Assembly (NCBI GenBank): GCA_963728565.1
Contig: CAVSLC010000011.1
Coordinates: 96,001 to 160,000 of the forward strand
DNA: 64,000 nucleotides
Reading direction: 5' to 3'
Source: an uncultured delta proteobacterium
Lineage (GTDB): Bacteria > Desulfobacterota > Binatia > UBA9968
A program made the translations under genes and the position numbers. Below the pieces are notes generated by a model. The model had not been told where the DNA came from and made no database searches. It was given only the letters and a program-made list of their open reading frames with translations. Below, in pieces: positions 33,749-43,225 of this stretch (positions are counted from its first letter, which is position 1; every line of letters begins with the position of its first letter).

Positions 33749-33904
33749 CTAGCATGCTGCTGAAAACTCTGATTGCAGGCTGCTCAAAAAGATCCAGACG
33801 CGAGGGCGCGCGGAAAATCGACGAGCGGAGGCGTACTTACAGTACGTTGCAGCGAGGCGATTGAGCGCAACGAAGCATACGGGTCTTTTTCAGCAGCCTG
33901 TTAG
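33749..33904. mobile_element. MITE-like element with IS5/IS1182-type ends
   Basis: CTAG-CATGCTGCTGAAAA and internal CAGGCTGCTCAAAAAGA versus TCTTTTTCAGCAGCCTG-TTAG; no ORF. Confidence 0.65.
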
Positions 33905-33975
33905 CTGAGCGTTGTCTATCACGGTTAAACATTCAAGGCAAAACCTAAAGCAGCGCCGCCATGCCGGTGTTTTGC

Positions 33976-34347
33976 CTACTTAGCGCGTAGTTTGTCGACC
34001 ATTTTTCGGCTGTAGTTTCGCACCGAGCGCAATGGCATGGAGCGCCGCTTGAGCATGTCCAAGCGGATTAGCTTGAACTGGATACTCTTGGCCAAAGCGC
34101 GCCGCTCGCCTTCATCTTCTACATGCTTCAAAAGATCTTCGATGGTGTGGATGTCTTTTAGCAGTTGGGCTTCAGGCGGCAGCACATGGGCGTTCTTGAG
34201 AACCAAATAGCCGATGCGCAAATCCTCGGGCACCCAGCTCAGATCCTCGAGGTCCAGCGGTTTGCCCTTGCCCGGCAGATTGTCGAAAGCGCCCGTTCGT
34301 TGAGCTTCCTTTATCCGCTCTTCGGCGAGGCGCCAGAAGTAACTCAT
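33976..34347 (-). CDS. DUF1992 (DnaJC28-like) protein
   Basis: AEERIKEA..GAFDNLPGKGKPL..LKNAHVLP. Confidence 0.85.
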   Translation of the reverse strand: MSYFWRLAEERIKEAQRTGAFDNLPGKGKPLDLEDLSWVPEDLRIGYLVLKNAHVLPPEAQLLKDIHTIEDLLKHVEDEGERRALAKSIQFKLIRLDMLKRRSMPLRSVRNYSRKMVDKLRAK

Positions 34348-35594
34348 GCGGGGCTCCTTTCCACGGCGGGTTGCTGGATCTCCTCCGGCGGCCTGATGTG
34401 GCGAAACATCAGATAAAAGGCGACATCGTTGATTAATTGTAACCCGCCGCCGATGAACAACGGAAGAGTCAGGGATACGCTTTGCATCAGATAGGTGGAG
34501 ATGGTTGGGCTGATGCCGAATGGAACGATGCGCGCTAGACTGGTGACTCCGGCCGCCGAACCTCTCTCACTCGACCGCACCATCGCCATAGTAAAAGAGG
34601 AACGCAGCGGGTTGTCCATGTAAGCAAAATAAGAGCGCACAGCAAGCATGGTCGCCGCGATCTTAAATGTGGGCGCCAGCGGGATCAGAAGATAAATAAT
34701 CGATGCCAAGCCATGGGAAAACGCCATCGTTTTAACCAGCCCGATGTAGCGCGCGATGATCGGCGCGCTCAAAAAAGACAACGCCGCCAGAAAATAGGAA
34801 ATAAAGAACAACAAGCCGAGAGACTTCAACTCCACGCCGTAACGCAGGAAAAACCAGTACGACACCAATGATCCGGCCAGGCCGGCGCCGAAATTATCGA
34901 CGAACGACAACAGCGACATTTTGGTTACGAAAACACCTGTGGCCTTGGAGATTTTTTTTACGGTCTTATGCGGCTGATGCTCTTCACCGATCGCGCTGTA
35001 AACATAGAGCAGGATAACGCTGAAGACGATCGTCAGGATGAAGAGCGGCTTGTAGGATGAAACGGCGGTCCAGCCTCGGATCTCCTGCAGGTACTGCGGC
35101 AAGCCGGCGCCGAGCGCGCCAACCGAGCCCATGATCGAGCCAACAAACGAGTTCATGGCAAACACCTGATTTCTGTTCTCCGGCTTACATTTCTCGGCGA
35201 GCAACGCCTCTTCGACCGGATTGAACGGTCCGCCGCCGGAACCACCGCCGCCGGAGCCGCCCGCGCCGACATTGGCGATGACGACCGCCAGCAAGATAAA
35301 CACCAGGCCGCTGAAAAAAATATAAATGCCATTGGAGATAATCGTCAGCACGGCTAACAGCATTAGAATTTTTCGGCGCCCGTAACGGTCCGATAGGTAG
35401 CCCCATACCGCCGTCAGGAGCGCCCCGGCCAGGTAGGCGACAGAGAAGATAATGCCGATCATCACCGGGGTATAGCCTAGCTGATCCAGATAGATGGCGA
35501 ACACGACGTTCAAATAAGAAAAAGCGAAGGATCGGATACCGCGCGATGCCATGAGCAGCTTGGCGTCGTGGTGCAGATCTGTAAAAAATTTCAT
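34344..35594 (-). CDS. MFS transporter
   Basis: GYLSDRYGRRK motif A; about 12 hydrophobic segments. Confidence 0.9.
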   Translation of the reverse strand: MKFFTDLHHDAKLLMASRGIRSFAFSYLNVVFAIYLDQLGYTPVMIGIIFSVAYLAGALLTAVWGYLSDRYGRRKILMLLAVLTIISNGIYIFFSGLVFILLAVVIANVGAGGSGGGGSGGGPFNPVEEALLAEKCKPENRNQVFAMNSFVGSIMGSVGALGAGLPQYLQEIRGWTAVSSYKPLFILTIVFSVILLYVYSAIGEEHQPHKTVKKISKATGVFVTKMSLLSFVDNFGAGLAGSLVSYWFFLRYGVELKSLGLLFFISYFLAALSFLSAPIIARYIGLVKTMAFSHGLASIIYLLIPLAPTFKIAATMLAVRSYFAYMDNPLRSSFTMAMVRSSERGSAAGVTSLARIVPFGISPTISTYLMQSVSLTLPLFIGGGLQLINDVAFYLMFRHIRPPEEIQQPAVERSPA

Positions 35595-36059
35595 CAAGCC
35601 GCCGATCTCGGTTCGCAATTCTGTTCCTCGGGCGGTTTAACTCCGTGGAACAGATAATAAAAAACACAATCATGAAAGAGTTGTAAAAAACCGCCCAAGA
35701 AGATCGGCACGTTCAATGAAAATGCCTGCATCATGTACGCCGACATAGTCGGGCTCACCGCCATGGGAACATGGCGCGATAGCGTGGTGATCCCGGGCGC
35801 GACACCGCGAGCTTCGGGTCTTACGGCGAGCAGGATGAGAATCTTCCGGCGGCCGAAACGGTCCACAGATAACCACACAAAGCTGTCAGCAGGGCGCACT
35901 AGCATAAGCTGTTGAAATAACCAGTCGCACCGTTACTGTCGAGTAACCTAACTGAGACAGGTAGATTGCGAAAATTACGTTTAAATAAGAGAACGCGAAG
36001 GCTCTGACGCCGCGTGAACCCATGAGCACGGCCGCATCCCGGTGCAATTCTTTGAACAT
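35594..36059 (-). pseudogene. internally deleted, frameshifted paralog of the adjacent MFS gene
   Basis: MFKELHRDAAVLMGSRGVRAFAFSYLNV.. then DRFGRRKILILLAV fused directly to C-terminal RPEARG..PIFLGGFLQL..KPPEE. Confidence 0.8.
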
Positions 36060-36067
36060 CAAATCCG

Positions 36068-37027
36068 CTAAGCTTTCTGGGCCCGGTAGTATTCACGCTC
36101 GGAATCCAACTCGGTCTTGATGCCGATTGCGTGCAAAGCGACGTTTGCCTGATCGAGAGAGGAGCTGCCGTAGACTGCTCGAGCGGGGCGCGAAAGGGCT
36201 TCGAACAGTTTACTTGCCGAAATGAAAAAGGTTAGAGCGCTCAATGGTGTGAGCTTCACGCGTCTGCTGCCCTCGCGAATTCCGCTTTCTCCCGACGCGC
36301 CGCGGAAGCCCTGGACCGGGATCGCGCTCGCTTCTGTGGGAACTGTTTTGATCGCCGCTTCGAGCTCCGCCGCGGTTTTGGGAGTCAGTGACCACGCGCC
36401 CAACAAGCCACCGGCGCTCGCTAGTATGCTCAGCGCGGCTTCGATTTCGTCGACGGTTAATTCACCGTCGCTGCCATAGCCGAATACTCCCCAAAGCACG
36501 CGATAGCCGCGCTTCTCCAATTCGACGAAGCCTGCCAGCATCACGGAATCCGCCAATGGGCTACGCAAGCCCGGTTCGGTGCCTTGTGCCAGCGAATCGC
36601 CGCCGACATCCAGGCCGACGAGCAGGTCGGTTTGCAGTTCTTCGATCGCGCGCTCCACCCCCGCTACGACTCCTTGGACGCCGCCGCTGATATCGACGAG
36701 TAAGACCTCTTTCGCTAAAAATTCCGCCATCCTCGACTCGGCGAAGTAAACGCCGGTCTTGGTTTGGCTCTCGCGATTAGCCATCCATGCGTACTGATGC
36801 AAAGCGCGAACATTCTCGACTTCGCTCAGCATGCGGGGGCCCGGTAGCGGGTCGAAAACCCGGCGCTCCCAGGAAAGACCGCCGAGGATGAATTCCAAGC
36901 CGCAGAATTCGAGAAACCTGGCCGTCGCCAGTGCGCCGGCAACATCGCCGCCGCCACCGATGCCGATTACCAGGCTGCGCGAAGATTCGCCTATGATATC
37001 CTCGAGAGAAGGAGAGGCGGAACTCAT
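36068..37027 (-). CDS. DUF1152 family protein
   Basis: GIGGGGDV, LDVGGDSL, SPLADS, GYGSDGEL. Confidence 0.8.
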   Translation of the reverse strand: MSSASPSLEDIIGESSRSLVIGIGGGGDVAGALATARFLEFCGLEFILGGLSWERRVFDPLPGPRMLSEVENVRALHQYAWMANRESQTKTGVYFAESRMAEFLAKEVLLVDISGGVQGVVAGVERAIEELQTDLLVGLDVGGDSLAQGTEPGLRSPLADSVMLAGFVELEKRGYRVLWGVFGYGSDGELTVDEIEAALSILASAGGLLGAWSLTPKTAAELEAAIKTVPTEASAIPVQGFRGASGESGIREGSRRVKLTPLSALTFFISASKLFEALSRPARAVYGSSSLDQANVALHAIGIKTELDSEREYYRAQKA

Positions 37028-37578
37028 TTCGGAAGGTGAGTGTCCTGACCGGGGACGGGATGAGCGATAGCTTCCTCCAGCGATTTCACACCATGCCATT
37101 CATTTTGCGGCCGCACCCGACCATCGCTGCCGATTTGATCGACGCCCCAGTAAATTTCCACCGAGTGGTTGTCCGGATCGCGGAACTCTACGGCGATCTG
37201 GCAACCGGCCCGGCGGCGTCCTTCAAAATCGATCCGAACATGATTGGCGCGCAAGCGATCACGAGCCCGAATGACTTCGGCGAGTGTCGGGACTTCAAAG
37301 GCGAAGTGATGCAGCTCTTGGTTAGCCGCTTGTCGCTCCCCGGCCCCGACCAACGCCAGGCAATGATGGTCCGTGTTGCAGCGCAGGAAAACCATCCCGC
37401 CAGGCATCATCGTTTCGGGATAAACATCGGAGACTCTCAGGCCGAGCACTTGGGTGTAAAAAGCGGTGGACCTTTCCAGGTCGCTGACCTGCAGCACGAT
37501 ATGACCGAGTTTACCGATATGAAAGTCCATTCCATGGGGAGGATGCATGCTCTTTAATTTATCTATATTGATTGTCAT
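37024..37578 (-). CDS. VOC/glyoxalase family protein
   Basis: LGHIV, DHHCLAL, HHFAFEV, EFRDPDNHSVE; paralog of 33220..33729. Confidence 0.88.
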   Translation of the reverse strand: MTINIDKLKSMHPPHGMDFHIGKLGHIVLQVSDLERSTAFYTQVLGLRVSDVYPETMMPGGMVFLRCNTDHHCLALVGAGERQAANQELHHFAFEVPTLAEVIRARDRLRANHVRIDFEGRRRAGCQIAVEFRDPDNHSVEIYWGVDQIGSDGRVRPQNEWHGVKSLEEAIAHPVPGQDTHLPK

Positions 37579-37635
37579 GTTCCTCCTCTCGCCGTTCAGG
37601 CGCGGCGCAGGGGTGAGAAGCGCAGTGGAACTCTT

Positions 37636-38430
37636 TCAACTCGGCGAACTCGGCAGGAGACGATTGGCGCGCAAGAATTCAATGACCAACTCATCGAAGC
37701 CGGCTGGATCTTCGATGCAGCAGGCGTGGCCGGTCTTGGGCAAGATCCGGTGCATGGCGCCCGGAATCAGCGAGGCGGTGCGTTGGCCGGCCTTGAGAGA
37801 GTTGTCGTATTCACCGTTGATCACCAACGTCGGCACCCTCATCGATCCAAGCCGCGGCGTCATGTCGGTCCCGCCCCGGGCGCGAAAGATCTGGGCAATG
37901 GATTCTCCGGAGAGCCACGGATCCCTCTCGACGTAGGTGTTGAGCAGATATTTACCGAGTTTGGTTTGGGGAAAATCCGGCGCCACCAGTTCCTTCAGGT
38001 GTTGAATGTGGTATTTCTCGATGCCGATTTTGGTATAACCCTGAATTCGCTCATCGATGGCGCCGCCGGGACCACTGCTGCCGCCGACCAGGATCAGAGC
38101 CTTGAACAGTTCCGGATAATCCAGGCCAAGCAGAAGCGCCATTCCTGAGCCGACACTCACGCCGCCCAATATGGCTTCCGTGACGCCCTCATCGCGGCAC
38201 ACCCCGAGAACATCGTCGGCCATGTCTTTTAGTGTGAAGGGTGTGCTTGGCTTGTCCGAACGACCGTAACCGCGAATATCGATGGCGATGACTTTGAAAT
38301 AGGTCGAGAAGTGCGCGATCTGGTACATCCACAAGTTATGATCGAACGGATTGGCATGGACCATGACGAAGGGAAATCCCTCGCCGGAAACTTCGTAGTA
38401 GATTTTGAGACCGTTGGCCGTGCTGTACAT
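37636..38430 (-). CDS. alpha/beta hydrolase
   Basis: DIRGYGRS, nucleophile elbow GVSVG, GEYD, TGH. Confidence 0.9.
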   Translation of the reverse strand: MYSTANGLKIYYEVSGEGFPFVMVHANPFDHNLWMYQIAHFSTYFKVIAIDIRGYGRSDKPSTPFTLKDMADDVLGVCRDEGVTEAILGGVSVGSGMALLLGLDYPELFKALILVGGSSGPGGAIDERIQGYTKIGIEKYHIQHLKELVAPDFPQTKLGKYLLNTYVERDPWLSGESIAQIFRARGGTDMTPRLGSMRVPTLVINGEYDNSLKAGQRTASLIPGAMHRILPKTGHACCIEDPAGFDELVIEFLRANRLLPSSPS

Positions 38431-38444
38431 TAGCCGGAATACTT

Positions 38445-38558
38445 CCGTTCAAATGTTCAAGCCGTTCAATCGCTGCGCTCCGTTCAAATCGTCGGGACAC
38501 GTTCTGTCAGCTCCTCTGACGTTTTGAACGTTTTGAACGTCTTTGAACGGCTTGAACA
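38445..38558. repeat. palindromic GTTCAA/TTGAAC repeat element
   Basis: 4x GTTCAA left arm, 4x TTGAAC right arm. Confidence 0.75.
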
Positions 38559-39272
38559 CTTCTTTATTTCGCGTTTGCGCGGCCGCTCCTGTTTGATCTT
38601 TTCCTTTACTTCGTCGAGCTTCATCACGTCGCAGTACTTGTGATGCATATCGAAGAGGTTGACCTTGTGCGATAGCGGACTGCGATCAAAGACGCACTCT
38701 TCGACAATCGAAACGTGATATCCCAGCGAATAACCGTCGACTGAGCTGGCGCGGACGCAGCCGCTGGTGCTTTCGCCACAGACGATCAGGCTGTCGATCC
38801 CTTTCTGTGTCAAATGAGCGATTAGCGGCGTGCCGAAGAAGCCGCTGGCGCGCTCCTTGAAGATGACCACGTCATTGGCTTCGGGTTTGAACTCTTCGCG
38901 GATTTCGAAGGCTTGCGGATCGATCTTAACCCGCTGCCGGTTGGTTGCATAAACCTTATCAGGATTGGCTTCCTTGCGAGTTTCCGTCGTGGTGTAGAAG
39001 ATCGGAATCTTTAGCGAACGCGCCAGCGCAAACAGTTCCTGTGTCGGCTTGATGGCGTTGTAAGCGTAGACGCCGCAGGAGCTCTTATGGGTATCGACCA
39101 GCTCATGAGGCTCTTTAGGGCCGCCTTCATAGGCGAGGTTATAAAGGTCGATGGCCAGCAGCGCCGGTCTCTGGCCGATATAGGTCTCGCGATGATACGG
39201 GGTGTAGGTCTTAAGAATTTCCGGGGTGACAACGTCTTTCCAACAATGATCCTCAAAATTATCCACTGCCAT
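38484..39272 (-). CDS. isochorismatase-family cysteine hydrolase (NicF-like)
   Basis: AID, FKERASGFFGT, GESTSGCVRAS (Asp-Lys-Cys triad); C-terminal tail runs into repeat element. Confidence 0.85.
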   Translation of the reverse strand: MAVDNFEDHCWKDVVTPEILKTYTPYHRETYIGQRPALLAIDLYNLAYEGGPKEPHELVDTHKSSCGVYAYNAIKPTQELFALARSLKIPIFYTTTETRKEANPDKVYATNRQRVKIDPQAFEIREEFKPEANDVVIFKERASGFFGTPLIAHLTQKGIDSLIVCGESTSGCVRASSVDGYSLGYHVSIVEECVFDRSPLSHKVNLFDMHHKYCDVMKLDEVKEKIKQERPRKREIKKCSSRSKTFKTFKTSEELTERVPTI

Positions 39273-39481
39273 GGAGCTTCTCCTTAATCGATTAGATGGT
39301 TTGTTCTATCGCCTCGATTAAAGCCTTGTCAAGGAAGACCCGTGACAGAGATATTTCCGCATAAGCGGTGATCGGCAGCGCGGCACAAATGGGGTATCGG
39401 ACCATACTATATCGATTGACACTCAAGTTCGAGGTTAGTTATATGGATGCCGACAATCGTAGCGGTCAGGGAGGATACTCG

Positions 39482-41209
39482 ATGTCAGACCAGAACAAGA
39501 AATCGGCTAGGAATACCCGCGGGAACCTGAGCCGGCGGCATTTCATCAAATTGGCCGGCACGAGCGCGGCCGCGCTGGGCACTCTGCCGTGGCCGAAAGC
39601 GCCGCTCTTTGCCGCTCAGCCCGCGCGAAAAAGAATTATCATTCATGGCGAGCGTCAAGTGACGAGTCTCGGCTATCACAATCGTCGCGAGACGGAGCAT
39701 GTGTCCATGGTGGATGCCGGCCTGGTCGGTCAAAACCCTGCGACTCTCGAACGCGTACCGGTGCTGGCCGAGGAACTGCCGTCGGTCAAGAAGGGAACGT
39801 GGAAGATCGATCCTCAGAAAAAAACCATGATCACGGTCTATAAGCTCCGTCCTAATCTCAAGTGGCATGACGGCAAGCCGTACACTTCCAAAGATTTCGA
39901 GTTTGGCTGGCAGATTGCGAAACATCCGCAATTTCCTATGCCGGATCGGCTCGTGCCGGAAATGATTTCAAAGATCGAAACGCCAGACGATCGCACCCTC
40001 GTGATTCATTGGAATGATCTCTACAACGAGGCTTATGCGATCCAGTACACTCACGTGCGCGCCTTTCCGCGCCACCTGTTGCAGGAAGCCTTCAACGCCG
40101 GCGATATGAAGGCATTTGCCAATTTGCCTTATTGGAACAAAAACTTTATCGGCGCCGGGGCATACCGGGTTGTGGAATGGGACGCCGGCAGCCGCATGGA
40201 GCTCGAAGCTTTTAATGACTTCGCGCTCGGCAAGCCCAAGATCGACCGGGTGACTTACAAAACCGTCGAGGACAACAATACCAATCTTGCGGCGGTGCTG
40301 GCCGGAGAAGTGGACCTGTGCATGCGCAGCACTATTTCTTTCGATGGCGCGATGATCCTGCGCGATCAGTGGGAGAAGGCGGGAAAAGGCAAAGTCCATA
40401 TCAGCCCTGCCTCCTGGACCTGGCTCAACCTGAGCCGCGACAACCCTCTGTTCAGTGATGTCAGTGTGCGCCGTGCGTTGCTGCATGCCATAGACCGCGA
40501 CGCGATGGTGCAGAACATGTTTAGGGGAGAGAAAGTGGTTTCGGATATTCCGCTATCGCGGGTCCGCAAGACTTACAAAAAAGCCTTATCGACCGTGACC
40601 CTCTATAAGTACGACCCGGAACGGGCAAAAAAACTTCTCGCCGAGGCCGGCTGGAAGCCCGGCTCTGACGGAATTTTGACGAATGCTAAAGGCGAGCGGA
40701 TGGAGTTCGAATTCCGTGTCACCGCGGAACGGCGCGATCATGAGCAGGCCCAGGCGATCATCGCCGATTACTGGAAGAAGATCGGCGTGCGCGGCACTAT
40801 CAAAAATCTGCCGAACCGGTTGCTCAACTCAGCGGATAACCGCAATCGTTGGCCGGGCGCGTTCATCGGTTCGCACAACGTTACAGTGGAAGAATGGCCC
40901 GAACGGTTTCACACCAAGAACATTCCCACGGCCGAGAACAAGTATGCTCCCGAAAACGTCTCCGGCTGGAATGATCCGCGTAAAGACGAGATTCTGGACG
41001 AGATCAATTCGATCATCCCGGAGGCGCGCTCCGAACAGCTGCAACTGGACTTTCTCAGAATGTTTACTGAAGCGCTGCCGCACCTGCCGCTGTACTACTC
41101 GCCGGAAATTCTCGTGGTGAAAAGAGGCCTTACCGGAGTGACGCCGCGGCAGGAAAGCGGCGGGCAAAACTCTAGCAGTTGGAACATGCAGCAGTGGGAT
41201 AAGACTTAA
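39482..41209 (+). CDS. peptide/nickel ABC substrate-binding protein (family 5), Tat signal
   Basis: LSRRHFIK; LRPNLKWHDGKP; VRRALLHAIDR. Confidence 0.9.
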   Translation: MSDQNKKSARNTRGNLSRRHFIKLAGTSAAALGTLPWPKAPLFAAQPARKRIIIHGERQVTSLGYHNRRETEHVSMVDAGLVGQNPATLERVPVLAEELPSVKKGTWKIDPQKKTMITVYKLRPNLKWHDGKPYTSKDFEFGWQIAKHPQFPMPDRLVPEMISKIETPDDRTLVIHWNDLYNEAYAIQYTHVRAFPRHLLQEAFNAGDMKAFANLPYWNKNFIGAGAYRVVEWDAGSRMELEAFNDFALGKPKIDRVTYKTVEDNNTNLAAVLAGEVDLCMRSTISFDGAMILRDQWEKAGKGKVHISPASWTWLNLSRDNPLFSDVSVRRALLHAIDRDAMVQNMFRGEKVVSDIPLSRVRKTYKKALSTVTLYKYDPERAKKLLAEAGWKPGSDGILTNAKGERMEFEFRVTAERRDHEQAQAIIADYWKKIGVRGTIKNLPNRLLNSADNRNRWPGAFIGSHNVTVEEWPERFHTKNIPTAENKYAPENVSGWNDPRKDEILDEINSIIPEARSEQLQLDFLRMFTEALPHLPLYYSPEILVVKRGLTGVTPRQESGGQNSSSWNMQQWDKT

Positions 41210-41215
41210 AACGCT

Positions 41216-41369
41216 CGTTCAACAGTTCAACCGTTCCAACGTTCAACGTCAGATTAAAACGGGCCAGATGGGTTCCAAATGTTCCAATGGAAATGTCTTG
41301 AACTTTGAACTATCGAACCAGGCCTATTACTGAGTCACGTTGAACCGTTGAACGTTTGAACTGTTGAAC
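41216..41369. repeat. nested palindromic GTTCAA/TTGAAC repeat element
   Basis: outer arms GTTCAACAGTTCAACCGTTCCAACGTTCAACG / CGTTGAACCGTTGAACGTTTGAACTGTTGAAC plus inner arms. Confidence 0.75.
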
Positions 41370-41379
41370 CAAGTTTTTT

Positions 41380-42351
41380 ATGGTTTTGTATATTTTCCGT
41401 CGTCTGATCCAGCTCGTGCCGCTGCTCTTCTTCGTCTCCGCTCTGATTTTTTTCCTGCTCTATTCCATGCCAGGGGATCCGCTCTACCGGATGCTCGAGG
41501 GAATCCCCAACCTCCGTCCGGAAGATTATGAACGCCTGCGCAAGCTCTACGGCTTCGACGATCCTTTCTACATTCAGTATTGGAAGTGGCTCTGGCAACT
41601 GCTGCAGCTGAACCCCGGTTATTCGCGCGAATATGGACAGCCGGTGATCGATATCATTATTCCGGCTTTGAAAAATACTCTGGTGCTGACGATCACGGCG
41701 GTGGTCATCGGCAAACTGATCGCGATTGCCTTGGGTATTTTTTCGGCGGTTCGGCAATATTCCGTCGGCGATTACCTGCTGACGGCGCTGACCTTTGTCG
41801 CCTATTCGGTCCCGGCGTTCTGGCTCGGGTTGATGATGATCATCCTTTTTTCCGTGAAACTCGGCTGGTTGCCTACTTCCGGCATTGTCAATCCCGACCT
41901 GACGCCGGGCACCTGGGAAGCGACGGTCGATTGGATGAAACATCTCATATTGCCGGTGTCGGTGCTGGCGATTTCGGAGATCATTCAGGTGCAGCGATTT
42001 ATGCGTTCAAGTTTGTTGGAGGTGCTGCGGCAGGACTATCTGACGACGGCCCGGGCCAAGGGGTTGAGCGAACAGACCGTGATCGGCCGTCATGCTCTGA
42101 AGAATGCGCTCATTCCCGTAGTCACCATCATCGCGGTAACGATGCCGCGGGTAATCGGCGGTTCGACTGTGGTCGAAACTGTTTTTGCTTACCCCGGAAT
42201 GGGCCGGCTCCTCTACACTTCGGTGATGGGCAATGATTATGTCATTGCCATGACGGTGGTCATGATTCTGGCCGTGGCGGTGGTGTTCTTTAATCTGCTG
42301 GCCGACATTCTCTACGGCTGGCTTGATCCACGCATCCGCTACCAAAATTGA
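41380..42351 (+). CDS. peptide ABC permease (OppB/DppB-like)
   Basis: PGDP, SVPAFWLG, QDYLTTARAKG, HALKNALIP, LDPRIR. Confidence 0.93.
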   Translation: MVLYIFRRLIQLVPLLFFVSALIFFLLYSMPGDPLYRMLEGIPNLRPEDYERLRKLYGFDDPFYIQYWKWLWQLLQLNPGYSREYGQPVIDIIIPALKNTLVLTITAVVIGKLIAIALGIFSAVRQYSVGDYLLTALTFVAYSVPAFWLGLMMIILFSVKLGWLPTSGIVNPDLTPGTWEATVDWMKHLILPVSVLAISEIIQVQRFMRSSLLEVLRQDYLTTARAKGLSEQTVIGRHALKNALIPVVTIIAVTMPRVIGGSTVVETVFAYPGMGRLLYTSVMGNDYVIAMTVVMILAVAVVFFNLLADILYGWLDPRIRYQN

Positions 42352-42355
42352 CCCG

Positions 42356-43225
42356 ATGGAGTCGACCCCGCCCCCAATAGGAAACTGGCGCATCGTCTGG
42401 CGACGCTTTAAACAGCACCGCGTCGCCTATGTGGGATTTTTTTTCTTTGTTTTTCTTTTGCTTCTGGTGATTGCCGGTCCTCACCTTCTTCCGTACGAGC
42501 TTGATCAAGTTTCGCTCGCGGAGCGCATGCATGGACCGTCGGCGACGCACTGGTTCGGCACCGATGAGCTGGGGCGCGATACCTGGGTCAGGATCATGCA
42601 CGGCGGCAGAGTCTCGCTCGCGGTAGGCCTGATCGTCGGGTTGAGCACGGTAGTTCTGGGCGGACTGATCGGCATTCTCGCAGGTTATGTCGGTGGAACT
42701 CTGGACAACATCCTCATGCGCATGGTGGATACTATTTACACGGTTCCGCGTATCGTCCTGTTACTGGTGCTGTCTAAAGTAGCCGGGCCCGGGCTTTTGA
42801 ACATCATCATCATCCTGGTCGCACTGGAATGGACCAATGCCGCCCGGCTGGCGCGCAGCGCGGTGCTTTCTTTTCGCGAGCAAGAGTTCGTGGTGGCGGC
42901 GCACTGCCTGGGAGCCTCGCGCTGGCGCGTTATGCTGCGTCATCTGCTGCCAAATTCTCTGGCGCCGCTAATTGTCGCCGCCACCCTCGACGCCGGCGCT
43001 GCCATTCGCGCCGAAACCACCTTGAGTTTTCTCGGCCTCGGCATTCAGCCGCCGACGCCAAGCTGGGGAAATCTCCTCACCAATGCCTCAACCAACATCT
43101 TCATCGCCCCGCTGCAAGTCTTCCTACCCGGTATCTTCATTTTCTTCGCCCTGATGAGCTTCAATCTGCTCGGTGACGCGCTCCGGGACGCGCTGGATCC
43201 GAGGTTATCTAAAAGACAAGGATGA
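42356..43225 (+). CDS. peptide ABC permease (OppC/DppC-like)
   Basis: HWFGTDELGRD, RHLLPN, LSFLGLG..PSWG, GDALRDALDP. Confidence 0.93.
   Translation: MESTPPPIGNWRIVWRRFKQHRVAYVGFFFFVFLLLLVIAGPHLLPYELDQVSLAERMHGPSATHWFGTDELGRDTWVRIMHGGRVSLAVGLIVGLSTVVLGGLIGILAGYVGGTLDNILMRMVDTIYTVPRIVLLLVLSKVAGPGLLNIIIILVALEWTNAARLARSAVLSFREQEFVVAAHCLGASRWRVMLRHLLPNSLAPLIVAATLDAGAAIRAETTLSFLGLGIQPPTPSWGNLLTNASTNIFIAPLQVFLPGIFIFFALMSFNLLGDALRDALDPRLSKRQG

Noticed and set aside
38445-41369. GTTCAA repeats as a CRISPR array
   Set aside because: Units are 7-9 bp in inverted arms with no unique spacers and no cas genes.
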